From positions 88,744 to 152,743 of the forward strand of contig JAGNLY010000001.1 in the NCBI GenBank assembly GCA_017999345.1: 64,000 bases of DNA, in the 5' to 3' direction. The stretch comes from Candidatus Woesebacteria bacterium (GTDB taxonomy: Bacteria; Patescibacteriota; Microgenomatia; UBA1400; PJMF01). Below are positions 18,637-26,829 of this stretch, one piece after another. Every line of letters begins with the position of its first letter. The stretch's first letter is position 1. The notes beneath the pieces are model-generated. The model was not told the origin of the DNA and did no database searches. It saw only the letters and a list, made by a program, of their open reading frames with translations. The position numbers were made by a program, and so were the translations under genes.

Positions 18637-19128
18637 ATGAACAAACTTACTCTTGAAGCAGCAAAAGTACTTAAAAAAATTCTGTATATAAATATTGCAT
18701 CGATTACTCCAGAAGGTGAGCCATGGAATACACCAGTATATTGCGCATATGATTCAAAGTTAAATTACTATTGGTTATCATGGAAAGATAACCAACATTC
18801 TATAAATGTTAGAAATAATCCCAAAGTTTTTATAACTTCTTATGATTCGACAGTTCCCGCAAGCACAGGTTTTGGCGTGTATCTAAAAGGAGAAGCAAAA
18901 GAATTAAAAAATCCAAAAGATATGTTGATTGCGATAACAGAAGTTTATAAAAGAGAAAAAAGAAAACCAAGACAGGTTGCTGAATTTCTCAAAAAGTTTC
19001 CTAGAAGAATATACAAGTTTACACCAAATCAAGTGTGGGTTAATGGAGACGCTAAAATAGATGGAAACTTTATTGATGTTCGTACAGAACTTAATCTAGA
19101 TGAACTTAGGGAAGCTATAAAGAAATAA
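18637..19128 (+). CDS. Pyridoxamine 5'-phosphate oxidase-like (PNPOx-fold) FMN-binding family protein
   Basis: The N-terminal pattern LYINIASITPEGEPWNTPVYCAYD...NPKVFI is typical of PNPOx-like general stress proteins. A paralogous fold is encoded at 41927. Confidence 0.65.
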   Translation: MNKLTLEAAKVLKKILYINIASITPEGEPWNTPVYCAYDSKLNYYWLSWKDNQHSINVRNNPKVFITSYDSTVPASTGFGVYLKGEAKELKNPKDMLIAITEVYKREKRKPRQVAEFLKKFPRRIYKFTPNQVWVNGDAKIDGNFIDVRTELNLDELREAIKK

Positions 19129-19139
19129 AGGTTTTTGCT

Positions 19140-19574
19140 GTGAATTTAATTATAACTAAATCAACTGAGAAAGAAGTCGAAGCCTTTGAAGCTCAATCTT
19201 GGAGTGCTGAGGATCTAAAACATTATAGAAGAGAAGTTTCTTGGGATGAATGGAATCCAACCAAATTTATTTTCAAAGCAGAACTAGATAACGAGATTGC
19301 TGGCATTATTGGAGGAAATATTACCGTTGGCGTTACTTTCATAGAAAGAATAATTGTTTCTGAATCATTTAGGAAAATGGGTATCGGTAAACAACTTATA
19401 CAAAAAGTTGAAGATTATGCAAAAGAGCTGAATTCTCATAAAATATATCTTTATACTGGAAAAGATTGGTCTTCAAACAAATTTTATGAACAAATTGGTT
19501 TTAAAAATACTGGCGAACTTGAAAATCACTATTTAAATGTTGATTTTGTAATTTACACTAAATTCTTGAAATAA
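19140..19574 (+). CDS. GNAT family N-acetyltransferase
   Basis: The acetyl-CoA binding region is RKMGIGKQLIQKVEDYAKE (the R/Q-x-x-G-x-G/A motif). A GTG start lies 11 nt after the upstream stop, and the pair probably forms an operon with 18637. Confidence 0.8.
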   Translation: MNLIITKSTEKEVEAFEAQSWSAEDLKHYRREVSWDEWNPTKFIFKAELDNEIAGIIGGNITVGVTFIERIIVSESFRKMGIGKQLIQKVEDYAKELNSHKIYLYTGKDWSSNKFYEQIGFKNTGELENHYLNVDFVIYTKFLK

Positions 19575-19626
19575 TAAGTAATTTTCCACCCACTTCCTAG
19601 TTCGAGTAACACCCCAGCGGGGGAGC
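19571..19626 (+). repeat. Intergenic repeat, module A3 variant. Its 5' end overlaps the tandem TAA stops of the GNAT gene, and it has no module B.
   Basis: taagtaattttccacccacttcctagttcgagtaacaccccagcgggggagc. Confidence 0.8.
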
Positions 19627-19639
19627 CACATTTTTTACT

Positions 19640-19695
19640 CGAAAAGAATTTCATTATCCCAAACAGGACTCGAACTCCTGTTATAATTCATTTTA
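19640..19695 (+). promoter_or_regulatory. Module C (short form) ending in the extended -10 TGTTATAAT, upstream of gene 19698
   Basis: cccaaacaggactcgaactcctgttataat, with the ATG 10 nt downstream. Confidence 0.5.
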
Positions 19696-19697
19696 AT

Positions 19698-20291
19698 ATG
19701 AGAAAAATTATCCTAGTAGAGTTTATGACAATCGATGGTGTGATGCAGGCGCCCGGTGGATCCAAAGAAGATACTGCAGAAGGCTTCAAGTATGGTGGGT
19801 GGATGGGTCCGCATTTTGATGAAGTTGGTGGGAAAGAAATGGAATTTCAAATGAAAGAGACAGCTGCATTACTCATAGGACGCAAAACATATGATATTTT
19901 TTCTGAATATTGGCCAGACCATTCAGAACCTTGGCCCCAAGTAAATAGGATTGCCAAATATGTTGTATCCAAAACCTTAAAAAACCCAACTTGGGAAAAT
20001 ACGGAAGTGATAAGAGATGTTAAAGAGTTAAAAGAACTAAAAAATTCAATCGGTCCAGACCTACAAGTGTACGGAAGTAGTAACCTTGTGCAGACTTTAT
20101 TAGCAAATGATCTGGTAGACGAACTTTGGCTCAAAATCTTTCCAATTACTCTTGGAACTGGAAAGCGGTTGTTTGAAAAAGGTACAATACCTGCTGCTTT
20201 CAAGCTCTCAAAGTCTAAGGTTACCCCAAGCGGTGTCATCATTGTCTATTATCAACGTGCAGGGGAAGTCAAAACCGAAGATATTGAATAA
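19698..20291 (+). CDS. Dihydrofolate reductase family protein (RibD C-terminal domain / YwjB-like)
   Basis: MRKIILVEFMTIDGVMQAPGG...LLIGRKTYDIF...WP is a typical RibD_C / DHFR-like reductase signature. Confidence 0.8.
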   Translation: MRKIILVEFMTIDGVMQAPGGSKEDTAEGFKYGGWMGPHFDEVGGKEMEFQMKETAALLIGRKTYDIFSEYWPDHSEPWPQVNRIAKYVVSKTLKNPTWENTEVIRDVKELKELKNSIGPDLQVYGSSNLVQTLLANDLVDELWLKIFPITLGTGKRLFEKGTIPAAFKLSKSKVTPSGVIIVYYQRAGEVKTEDIE

Positions 20292-20369
20292 AAACCTAGC
20301 CTCATAGGTATGTACACTATTCTAATTATAGATATAAAAGTCTTGTTTAGATGACAGCAATCAAAGAAA

Positions 20370-20439
20370 GCACTTCCTGATTTCCTCTATGACGGGGAGC
20401 ATTTAAATTAAAATCTTATTTATTCCTATATACAAATCT
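20370..20439 (+). repeat. Intergenic repeat: module A5 (short form) followed by a degenerate module B
   Basis: cacttcctgatttcctctatgacggggagc then atttaaattaaaatcttatttattcctatatacaaatct. Confidence 0.7.
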
Positions 20440-20448
20440 TTTTTCAAT

Positions 20449-20515
20449 ATATATACCCCGATAGGACAGGTTTGCTCGAGACTCGAACTGAGATAAAAAT
20501 GTCTGCTATAATTTT
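20449..20515 (+). promoter_or_regulatory. Module C ending in the extended -10 TGCTATAAT, upstream of gene 20531/20564
   Basis: ataccccgataggacaggtttgctcgagactcgaactgagataaaaatgtctgctataat. Confidence 0.5.
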
Positions 20516-20563
20516 ATTATTAACTTGAATATGTTAAAAAATATTTCTTTTGAAAGGAATAAA

Positions 20564-21769
20564 ATGTCTCTATCTCATGAAAAGGATGATAAATTAAATA
20601 TTGATCATAGTGAAGACTATAAAGATGGGATTTTTTATTTACCTGAGAGAGGCTTAGTTACAGATGGCACATTTAAATATACAAAGCAGGCTGTACAATT
20701 AAAATTAGAAACTCTTTTAGCAAATCAATCATCATATCCAGCAGATAAAGATAATGTTCAAAATGCCATAAAACAAACAGAATATATGCTTTCTTTATTT
20801 CCAGAAGAAAGAGATGATGAAAAACCCTTCATAGGTCAAACTTCTCCTAATCTAGAGAGTGAGGAGAAAGCTTTTCATCCTGATAAAAATGACACACTAG
20901 AAAATCAACTAAAAAAATATCAAGATTTAGTCAAATATTCTGGACCTCACTCAATTTTAGGTAAATTCTATAGAACACAAATTGCAAGAATTAATAGACT
21001 TATATCTCGTGAAGAAATTAAATTATTTGAAGAAAAAGCTGTTGCTATAAAGAGAATAAATAAGCTAGCAAGTGACTTAGGAGTTTCTATCAGGGAGCCT
21101 TATGTAAAGGATAGAGCACCAGGATTAGATGAGGCAACTTATGCATATCGTTTGCAAGTACTTCCCATGCTTAGAATTCTGTCCAAATTAATTGATTCTT
21201 GGTCAATAAATCTAGCCAATATGCCAGTGGTTGAATTGCTATCTCATGGCTCAAAGGTTTCGGATGAAGATTTATTAAAAGTAGCTAATAAGCTAGCAAC
21301 TTTTGTATTGAATGCACTCGACAATAAGTCTTCTGATCCAGAATTTGCTCATAAAATTAATAATTTATTAAACGCAGGCTCATTATCAGAGTTATTAGAT
21401 GCTATTGAAAAAGAATTTGATAAGAGTTCTCTTGACACAGAATCTCAAGAATCAACACTACTCACAGAACAAACTTCTGAAGTTGCAGAATATGAAAGCA
21501 ATGCTCAAGAAGTAGATATCTCATCAATTGCTGAAACTTTGATGGAAGCAAGAAGAAGTGTGGAACCAACTATGCCATGGGATCTAATTAAAAAATTAGC
21601 TGTATTAATTGTTGAGAATCATCCTGAAATTATTATGGTTTTTAATAATCAAATGCAAACATTACTAGCTGAATCTCATCAAACGCTTCCTAGTGGAGTT
21701 CATGATTCTGATGTAGCAGGAAGATTGAATCCACTCATCATTGAATTGAGATCTAAATTAAAATCATAA
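20564..21769 (+). CDS. Hypothetical protein of about 400 aa. It is a paralog of the gene at 23628 through a shared segment of about 40 aa.
   Basis: The start was chosen at the ATG preceded by GAAAGGAATAAA. Alternative ATG starts exist at 20531 and a TTG at 20525. The protein contains ENQLKKYQDLVKYSGPHSILGKFYRTQIARIN. Confidence 0.6.
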   Translation: MSLSHEKDDKLNIDHSEDYKDGIFYLPERGLVTDGTFKYTKQAVQLKLETLLANQSSYPADKDNVQNAIKQTEYMLSLFPEERDDEKPFIGQTSPNLESEEKAFHPDKNDTLENQLKKYQDLVKYSGPHSILGKFYRTQIARINRLISREEIKLFEEKAVAIKRINKLASDLGVSIREPYVKDRAPGLDEATYAYRLQVLPMLRILSKLIDSWSINLANMPVVELLSHGSKVSDEDLLKVANKLATFVLNALDNKSSDPEFAHKINNLLNAGSLSELLDAIEKEFDKSSLDTESQESTLLTEQTSEVAEYESNAQEVDISSIAETLMEARRSVEPTMPWDLIKKLAVLIVENHPEIIMVFNNQMQTLLAESHQTLPSGVHDSDVAGRLNPLIIELRSKLKS

Positions 21770-21946
21770 ATCGTCATAAGCAATTATTGTTACGTGATTT
21801 GTAAATTCTTTAATAGCATCTTTATAATATTTTTCAGTAAAATTCTTTGTTCCCATCAAGATTGTATAACTTTCATTTTTTAAATTCATAACTGGATTTT
21901 AGCATAGTGGACTACTACTTTTAATATTTTGCTATAATCAACTCCT

Positions 21947-23164
21947 ATGAACATCAATCAATATTATTCTCAAATCAAACTGGAAGAAAAAAGAAATGAA
22001 GAATTTTTGCATTTAACCGCAAACGAGCCATTAATGTCAGAAACAGCAAGGGCATTTATGAGTTCAAAAATTGCAGACAGATATTTTTTGGGCGCAGGTG
22101 AAGATTCTAAAGTAGATTTAGGTCCTTTCACGGCTTTGGGTTTTCCAGGGATTGCTTCTTTAATTGAGGCCGCCGTAGAAGCCTCCAAAGAAATGTTGGG
22201 TGCAAGTGTAGTAAATTTAAGTTGCCTTTCTGGCGTTCATGCCATGATGTGTGCAATTTTGTCCACAACTGAGCCTGGCGATGTTGTAATGACAGTCCAT
22301 CATGATCACGGCGGACATTTTGCTACAAAAGGAATAATAGAAAGAGTTGGTAGAAAGCATGTTTTTGCAGAGTACAATTTTAATACACTTTCATTTGATG
22401 TCGAAAAACTTGCAAAGAAATTTAAAGAATCGGGAGCTACTGCATTTTATATGGATGTCTCATACTATTTAAATCCTCACAATTTACGTGAAATAAGAGA
22501 GGCTTTGGGAAGCGATGCAATAATTATTTATGATGCAAGTCACACAATGGGGTTGATCATGGGACAAACATTTCAAAATCCATTTTTAGAGGGAGCTGAT
22601 GTTATTTGTGCAAATACTCATAAAACATTACCTGGTCCTCACAAGGGTATGATAGCTTTTAGAGATCTTGAGCTGGGAACTAAGGCAAATAATATTATTA
22701 AAAGTTGTTTATTTTCTTCGCCAATCACACATCATTTAATTGCACTGGCAACCACAATTCTAGAAATGAAAGAGTTTGGCCAAGAATATGCAAAACAAAT
22801 TATTGCAAACTCCAACGCCTTAGCAGAAGCATTGGTTGATAAGGGTTACTCAGTTAGAAAAGCAAACACTGGCCGTTATTCAGAAAATCATCAAGCACAT
22901 TTATTAACACAAGAAATAGGTGATTATAAAAAACTTTACGATCAATTATTCAATAATAATATTGCAGTTAATTTTGATAATTTGTTTGATAAGGGTATTT
23001 TTATTCGTTTGGGAACTCAAGAAATAACTCGAAGAGGTATGAAAGAAAATGAGATGAAAAAAATTGCTGAATTTATTGACCGATCATTTAAGGGTGAAGA
23101 TCTTAAAAAAGAAGTTGAAAATTTTGTCAGCTTATTTCAAAAAGCACACTATTCTTTTGATTGA
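21947..23164 (+). CDS. Serine hydroxymethyltransferase-like PLP-dependent enzyme (divergent GlyA family)
   Basis: The PLP-lysine motif ANTHKTLPGPHKG (compare SHMT TTHKTLRGPRGG) is present. The N-terminal HLTANEPLMS matches the SENFTS region, with the HHDHGGH block. The whole is clearly divergent from canonical GlyA. Confidence 0.7.
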   Translation: MNINQYYSQIKLEEKRNEEFLHLTANEPLMSETARAFMSSKIADRYFLGAGEDSKVDLGPFTALGFPGIASLIEAAVEASKEMLGASVVNLSCLSGVHAMMCAILSTTEPGDVVMTVHHDHGGHFATKGIIERVGRKHVFAEYNFNTLSFDVEKLAKKFKESGATAFYMDVSYYLNPHNLREIREALGSDAIIIYDASHTMGLIMGQTFQNPFLEGADVICANTHKTLPGPHKGMIAFRDLELGTKANNIIKSCLFSSPITHHLIALATTILEMKEFGQEYAKQIIANSNALAEALVDKGYSVRKANTGRYSENHQAHLLTQEIGDYKKLYDQLFNNNIAVNFDNLFDKGIFIRLGTQEITRRGMKENEMKKIAEFIDRSFKGEDLKKEVENFVSLFQKAHYSFD

Positions 23165-23201
23165 GTAGATAATTTTTCTCTTTTAGATATAATTAAATAT
23201 A

Positions 23202-23483
23202 ATGTCATTTCAAGCATATTTAGATAACATTGAGGAAAAAACTGGAAAAACTCCACAACAGTTTATTGATTTGGCAAAAGCCAAAGGTTTCGACAAAAAC
23301 ACAAAGGCTGGGGAAATTCTTACTTGGTTAAAAGATGAGTATGGACTAGGTCGAGGACATGGCATGGCACTAGTGCATATCATTAAAAATGGACCAAATA
23401 TTGGTGATAAAAATGTAAACAGTGGTGGAGTTCACAGTGACTCATCAGATACCTTAATCCTTACTGGAAGAAATATTAAATAA
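23202..23483 (+). CDS. DUF4287 domain protein
   Basis: MSFQAYLDNIEEKTGKTPQQFIDLAKAKGF...EILTWLKDEYGLGRGHGMALVHII matches the DUF4287 pattern. Confidence 0.7.
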   Translation: MSFQAYLDNIEEKTGKTPQQFIDLAKAKGFDKNTKAGEILTWLKDEYGLGRGHGMALVHIIKNGPNIGDKNVNSGGVHSDSSDTLILTGRNIK

Positions 23484-23560
23484 TTATATAAATCAATGCT
23501 TCTAGTATTGCAAGTTCACTTATCCATATAGGAAAGGTTTGCCAGGGACTCTAATTAATT
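23484..23560 (+). repeat. Degenerate module B 3' part followed by a module C-like element upstream of gene 23628
   Basis: ttatataaatcaatgcttct (compare ctatataccaatct of module B), then ccatataggaaaggtttgccagggactc (compare ccccgataggacaggtttgctcgagactc of module C). Confidence 0.5.
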
Positions 23561-23627
23561 ATTCTTTTTGATATGGAATCAAAGATTAACGATGCTGCTG
23601 TGTTAGAATTTATTTAAGGAATTTTAT

Positions 23628-24518
23628 ATGCAAATTGAATCTGATGACTTCCACACAGGAAGTGGAATTAATGAAGAACAATATGACGCGCTGGAGAATC
23701 AATTAAAAAAATATCAAGATTTAGCCAATTATTCTGGACCTCATTCAATATTAGGTAAATTCTATAGAACACAAATTGCAAGAATTAATAGTCTTATACT
23801 TAGCAATAAAATTCAACCTTTGGAAAAAAATGAAGGTGATGAAAGCCCAGGTAAACAAACGGCTTCATCTGAGCAGGATTTACCATCTATTGAGGAATTA
23901 GATAGAGAGCTTAATGATTTATCTCATGAAATTGCAAAAGGATTCTATAATGATCAAGCTTACATGATTAATATAATGAACCTTAATATCATATTGAGTT
24001 TAGTAAAAAATTTAATAGTTAGAGGAAATGGCCAGTTTGGATTGAGCATCAGAGAAGGTCTTTCATACATACTAAGAAATGAAACTGCTAGAAGAGAAAT
24101 CATAAATTCATCAACACTTATGCTGGTAGCAGTCACTACAACGGAAGCCTATCTGGAAGGGAAAATGGAAATACTGAGTGGTGGAGATAGTAATTCTCAA
24201 TATTACGAAAATTTATACATGAATTACGGTCCATCTCAGCCGAGAAGTGGCGTTGATTTTAGATTAAATGGAGTAACTAATGGTGATATAGATGCATTAG
24301 CTAAAGTTTTTGTTTCTAACCAGAAAGATGGGATTATGTTGGATTCATTTGGCCAAATTGCTAATATTTTTCAACATGCAAAGAAGTATGGCATAAATCC
24401 AATAAGAACCCTGATTAGAATTAAGGATGTAATTCTAGAATTAGGTACAAGAGCTTCTGAATATCAAAAAAGAACCTTAATTAATGTGAATGATGCACTC
24501 TCTAAATTACTTGGATAA
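23628..24518 (+). CDS. Hypothetical protein of 296 aa, a partial paralog of the gene at 20564
   Basis: Contains ENQLKKYQDLANYSGPHSILGKFYRTQIARIN. This region is encoded by a ~113 nt stretch about 91 percent identical to 20881-20995. Confidence 0.6.
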   Translation: MQIESDDFHTGSGINEEQYDALENQLKKYQDLANYSGPHSILGKFYRTQIARINSLILSNKIQPLEKNEGDESPGKQTASSEQDLPSIEELDRELNDLSHEIAKGFYNDQAYMINIMNLNIILSLVKNLIVRGNGQFGLSIREGLSYILRNETARREIINSSTLMLVAVTTTEAYLEGKMEILSGGDSNSQYYENLYMNYGPSQPRSGVDFRLNGVTNGDIDALAKVFVSNQKDGIMLDSFGQIANIFQHAKKYGINPIRTLIRIKDVILELGTRASEYQKRTLINVNDALSKLLG

Positions 24519-24712
24519 ATTGATTTTTTTCCATTTTGTATCAACCTTTTTTCAACTTGATAAAATATTTCAATGAACAAACTTACTTTTGATTATAATT
24601 ATTTTTGAGTGTAATATCATAGTATGAGTCATTTACTAAGAGTAAATAGTATTAATTAAGTAGCTGACATAAGTCGGTTTTTTTGTAGTTAAAATAAAGG
24701 AGATGTAAATAT

Positions 24713-25003
24713 ATGGTAAATGAGAATCAAGATGCTGCAGCTAAAGCAGCTGAAGAAGCCTGGAAAGTTTACGATAGAGCCAAGGCCTACCTGTATCCTA
24801 GACAAGAGTCTCCTAGTGCAAAACAACTTGAGCTTGCTCAAATGAGTGTTGATTATGAGCAAAGAGATCTTGCAAAAGTTCAAGAACTTGTTACTGAAAT
24901 TAAGGAGAAATTTGGTGTAGTTATGCATGATATTGTTAGATTAGAAGAAGCAACCGATTCAATGCAGCATCTTACTGAACATATCACTGGTAAGAAATTC
25001 TAA
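24713..25003 (+). CDS. Hypothetical protein of 96 aa
   Basis: ORF with a good ribosome-binding site (AAGGAGATGTAAATATATG). No homology was recognised. Confidence 0.5.
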   Translation: MVNENQDAAAKAAEEAWKVYDRAKAYLYPRQESPSAKQLELAQMSVDYEQRDLAKVQELVTEIKEKFGVVMHDIVRLEEATDSMQHLTEHITGKKF

Positions 25004-25096
25004 TATATTCGTATAATGCTTTGTTTTATTTACAAAATTTGCATAGTCTTGCCCTCAAGCTTGTGCTAGCTCTTGTTTCTTTGTATTATTACTCCT

Positions 25097-26401
25097 ATGG
25101 AATCTTTTATTAAAAAGATCAAGCGCAAGCTTAATCATTTTATTCGTATTTTGGGTCCCGGCATAGTTACAGGTGCAGCTGACGACGATCCTTCTGGTAT
25201 AGCAACGTATTCGCAGGCAGGAGCGCAGTTTGGTTTCCTCATGCCTTGGACGATGCTTTTTACCTATCCACTGATGACTGCCGTTCAAGATGCCTGTGTT
25301 AGAGTTGGAGCCGTAACCGGGAAAGGTTTGGCTGCAATAATTCGTGACCATTATCCAAAAAAAGTACTCTATCCAGTGGTAGCTCTTGTAGTGTTTGCGA
25401 ACACTTTAAATATTGGTTCAGATATTGGAGCTATGGCTGCGAGCGCACGTTTGTTATTTCCTAACGTGCCATTTGTCGTTCTGGCTATATTTTTTGCACT
25501 CATAATCTTGCTTATGGAAGTTCTTATTCCATATAAAAAATACATACAAGTTCTCAAATGGTTATCTATGGCTCTATTCGCATATATGATTACTGCTTTT
25601 TTAGTGAATGTTCCGTGGATGCAAGTAATTAAAGCAACTTTTATTCCTCAATTTGAATTTAGTAAAGAATTTTTGCTAATCATTGTTGCCATTTTTGGAA
25701 CAACCATCTCGCCGTACTTATTTTTTTGGGAAACAAGTAATGTTGTAGAAGATGAAATCATGAAACATCGCTTAGCTGAAAAAGGGGGAATTCCAAGATT
25801 AAGTGTTTCGTATTTGAGAGATCTTAGAATTGATAGTGCCTTTGGAATGCTTTTTTCCAATGTTATGGCTTGGTTTATCATCGTGGTTGGCGCTGTAGTT
25901 TTAAATCATGCTGGGGTGACAAATATTACCAGTGCCGCTGACGCAGCTCGTGCTCTTGAACCTTTGGTACAAAGTTTTCCAAACGCTGGCTTTTTGGCAA
26001 AGGTAATTTTCTCAATTGGAGTCATTGGAATTGGACTACAAAGCATACCTGTTTTGGCAGGATCTTCATCTTATGCTGTCTCGGAAGCTTTTGGTTGGCG
26101 CGAAGGGTTATTTCGCAAATTTAAAGCTGCTCGTGGATTTTACTTCATTATCATACTAGGTACGTTAATTGGATTGTTTTTTAATTTTATTGGATTTGAT
26201 CCAATAAAAGCTCTGATACTGACTGCAGTTTTCAACGGGATTGCAGCTGTTCCACTTATTTATCTTATTGCTCGTATTTCAAGTAGAGAAGAAATTATGG
26301 GTGAACACAAAAATGATATTTATTCAAAACTTGGTCTTTGGATTGCATTTGGTATTATGGGTATTTTTGCAGTAGCTTTACTTTTATCTTTTATCTTTTG
26401 A
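25097..26401 (+). CDS. NRAMP-family divalent metal (Mn/Fe) transporter, MntH-like
   Basis: GPGIVTGAADDDPSGIATYSQAGAQFGF is the Nramp N-terminal signature. The protein has about 11 transmembrane helices. The start was moved to the internal ATG (MESFIKK). Confidence 0.8.
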   Translation: MESFIKKIKRKLNHFIRILGPGIVTGAADDDPSGIATYSQAGAQFGFLMPWTMLFTYPLMTAVQDACVRVGAVTGKGLAAIIRDHYPKKVLYPVVALVVFANTLNIGSDIGAMAASARLLFPNVPFVVLAIFFALIILLMEVLIPYKKYIQVLKWLSMALFAYMITAFLVNVPWMQVIKATFIPQFEFSKEFLLIIVAIFGTTISPYLFFWETSNVVEDEIMKHRLAEKGGIPRLSVSYLRDLRIDSAFGMLFSNVMAWFIIVVGAVVLNHAGVTNITSAADAARALEPLVQSFPNAGFLAKVIFSIGVIGIGLQSIPVLAGSSSYAVSEAFGWREGLFRKFKAARGFYFIIILGTLIGLFFNFIGFDPIKALILTAVFNGIAAVPLIYLIARISSREEIMGEHKNDIYSKLGLWIAFGIMGIFAVALLLSFIF

Positions 26402-26449
26402 TAAACAGATAGAACAGAGAAGAATAAATTAGTTAAAAATATTTTAATT

Positions 26450-26782
26450 ATGAACTTAATTTCAGTTATCTCTATTTATTTGCTGACTATTGTTACTGCA
26501 TTTGGTGACACATTTTTAAAAAGGGCAGGTCAATTAAAAAACACAAATTATACATATCTCGCGATAGGTCTGATTGTGTATGCATTAACAGGAGCCGTGT
26601 GGTTTTTTATTTATAAAAATACGAAATTTTCAGTGGTTGGTTCAGTTTATGGTGTTGCCACAGCAGTGATTTTTGCTTTAGTAGGTATTTTTTATTTTAA
26701 AGAAACACTAAGACCACAAGAAATTCTAGGATTAGTACTCGCGGTAACCTCTATTATTTTATTGAGCAGATTTGGTAATTAA
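26450..26782 (+). CDS. Small DMT/SMR-like 4-TM transporter family protein
   Basis: 110 aa with four predicted transmembrane helices and an SMR/EamA-like pattern. Confidence 0.6.
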   Translation: MNLISVISIYLLTIVTAFGDTFLKRAGQLKNTNYTYLAIGLIVYALTGAVWFFIYKNTKFSVVGSVYGVATAVIFALVGIFYFKETLRPQEILGLVLAVTSIILLSRFGN

Positions 26783-26829
26783 TTTTTTTAACCCCGTGGC
26801 AGATGATCAAACCTTGATATAATTAAATT

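Noticed and set aside
19640-19697. Possible tRNA gene on the minus strand (a T-arm-like CAGGAGTTCGAGTCCTG)
   Set aside because: Only a T-arm plus acceptor-3'-like fragment is present. The upstream D-arm and anticodon-arm positions are occupied by the promoter and start of gene 19698, so no full cloverleaf is possible.
5460-20440. Canonical integron attC sites, or a CRISPR array
   Set aside because: The repeats lack the attC R''/L''/L'/R' cores (RYYYAAC…GTTRRRY). Their units are 0.5-4 kb genes, not 25-50 bp spacers, and the repeat copies are heterogeneous. No integrase or cas genes are present. I therefore report an attC-like but non-canonical element.
21778-21897. A 41-aa minus-strand ORF (MNLKNESYTILMGTKNFTEKYYKDAIKEFTNHVTIIAYDDL) in the gap after gene 20564-21769
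   Set aside because: It has no recognisable family and is very short. It might be a remnant of a decayed gene, but there is no supporting signal.
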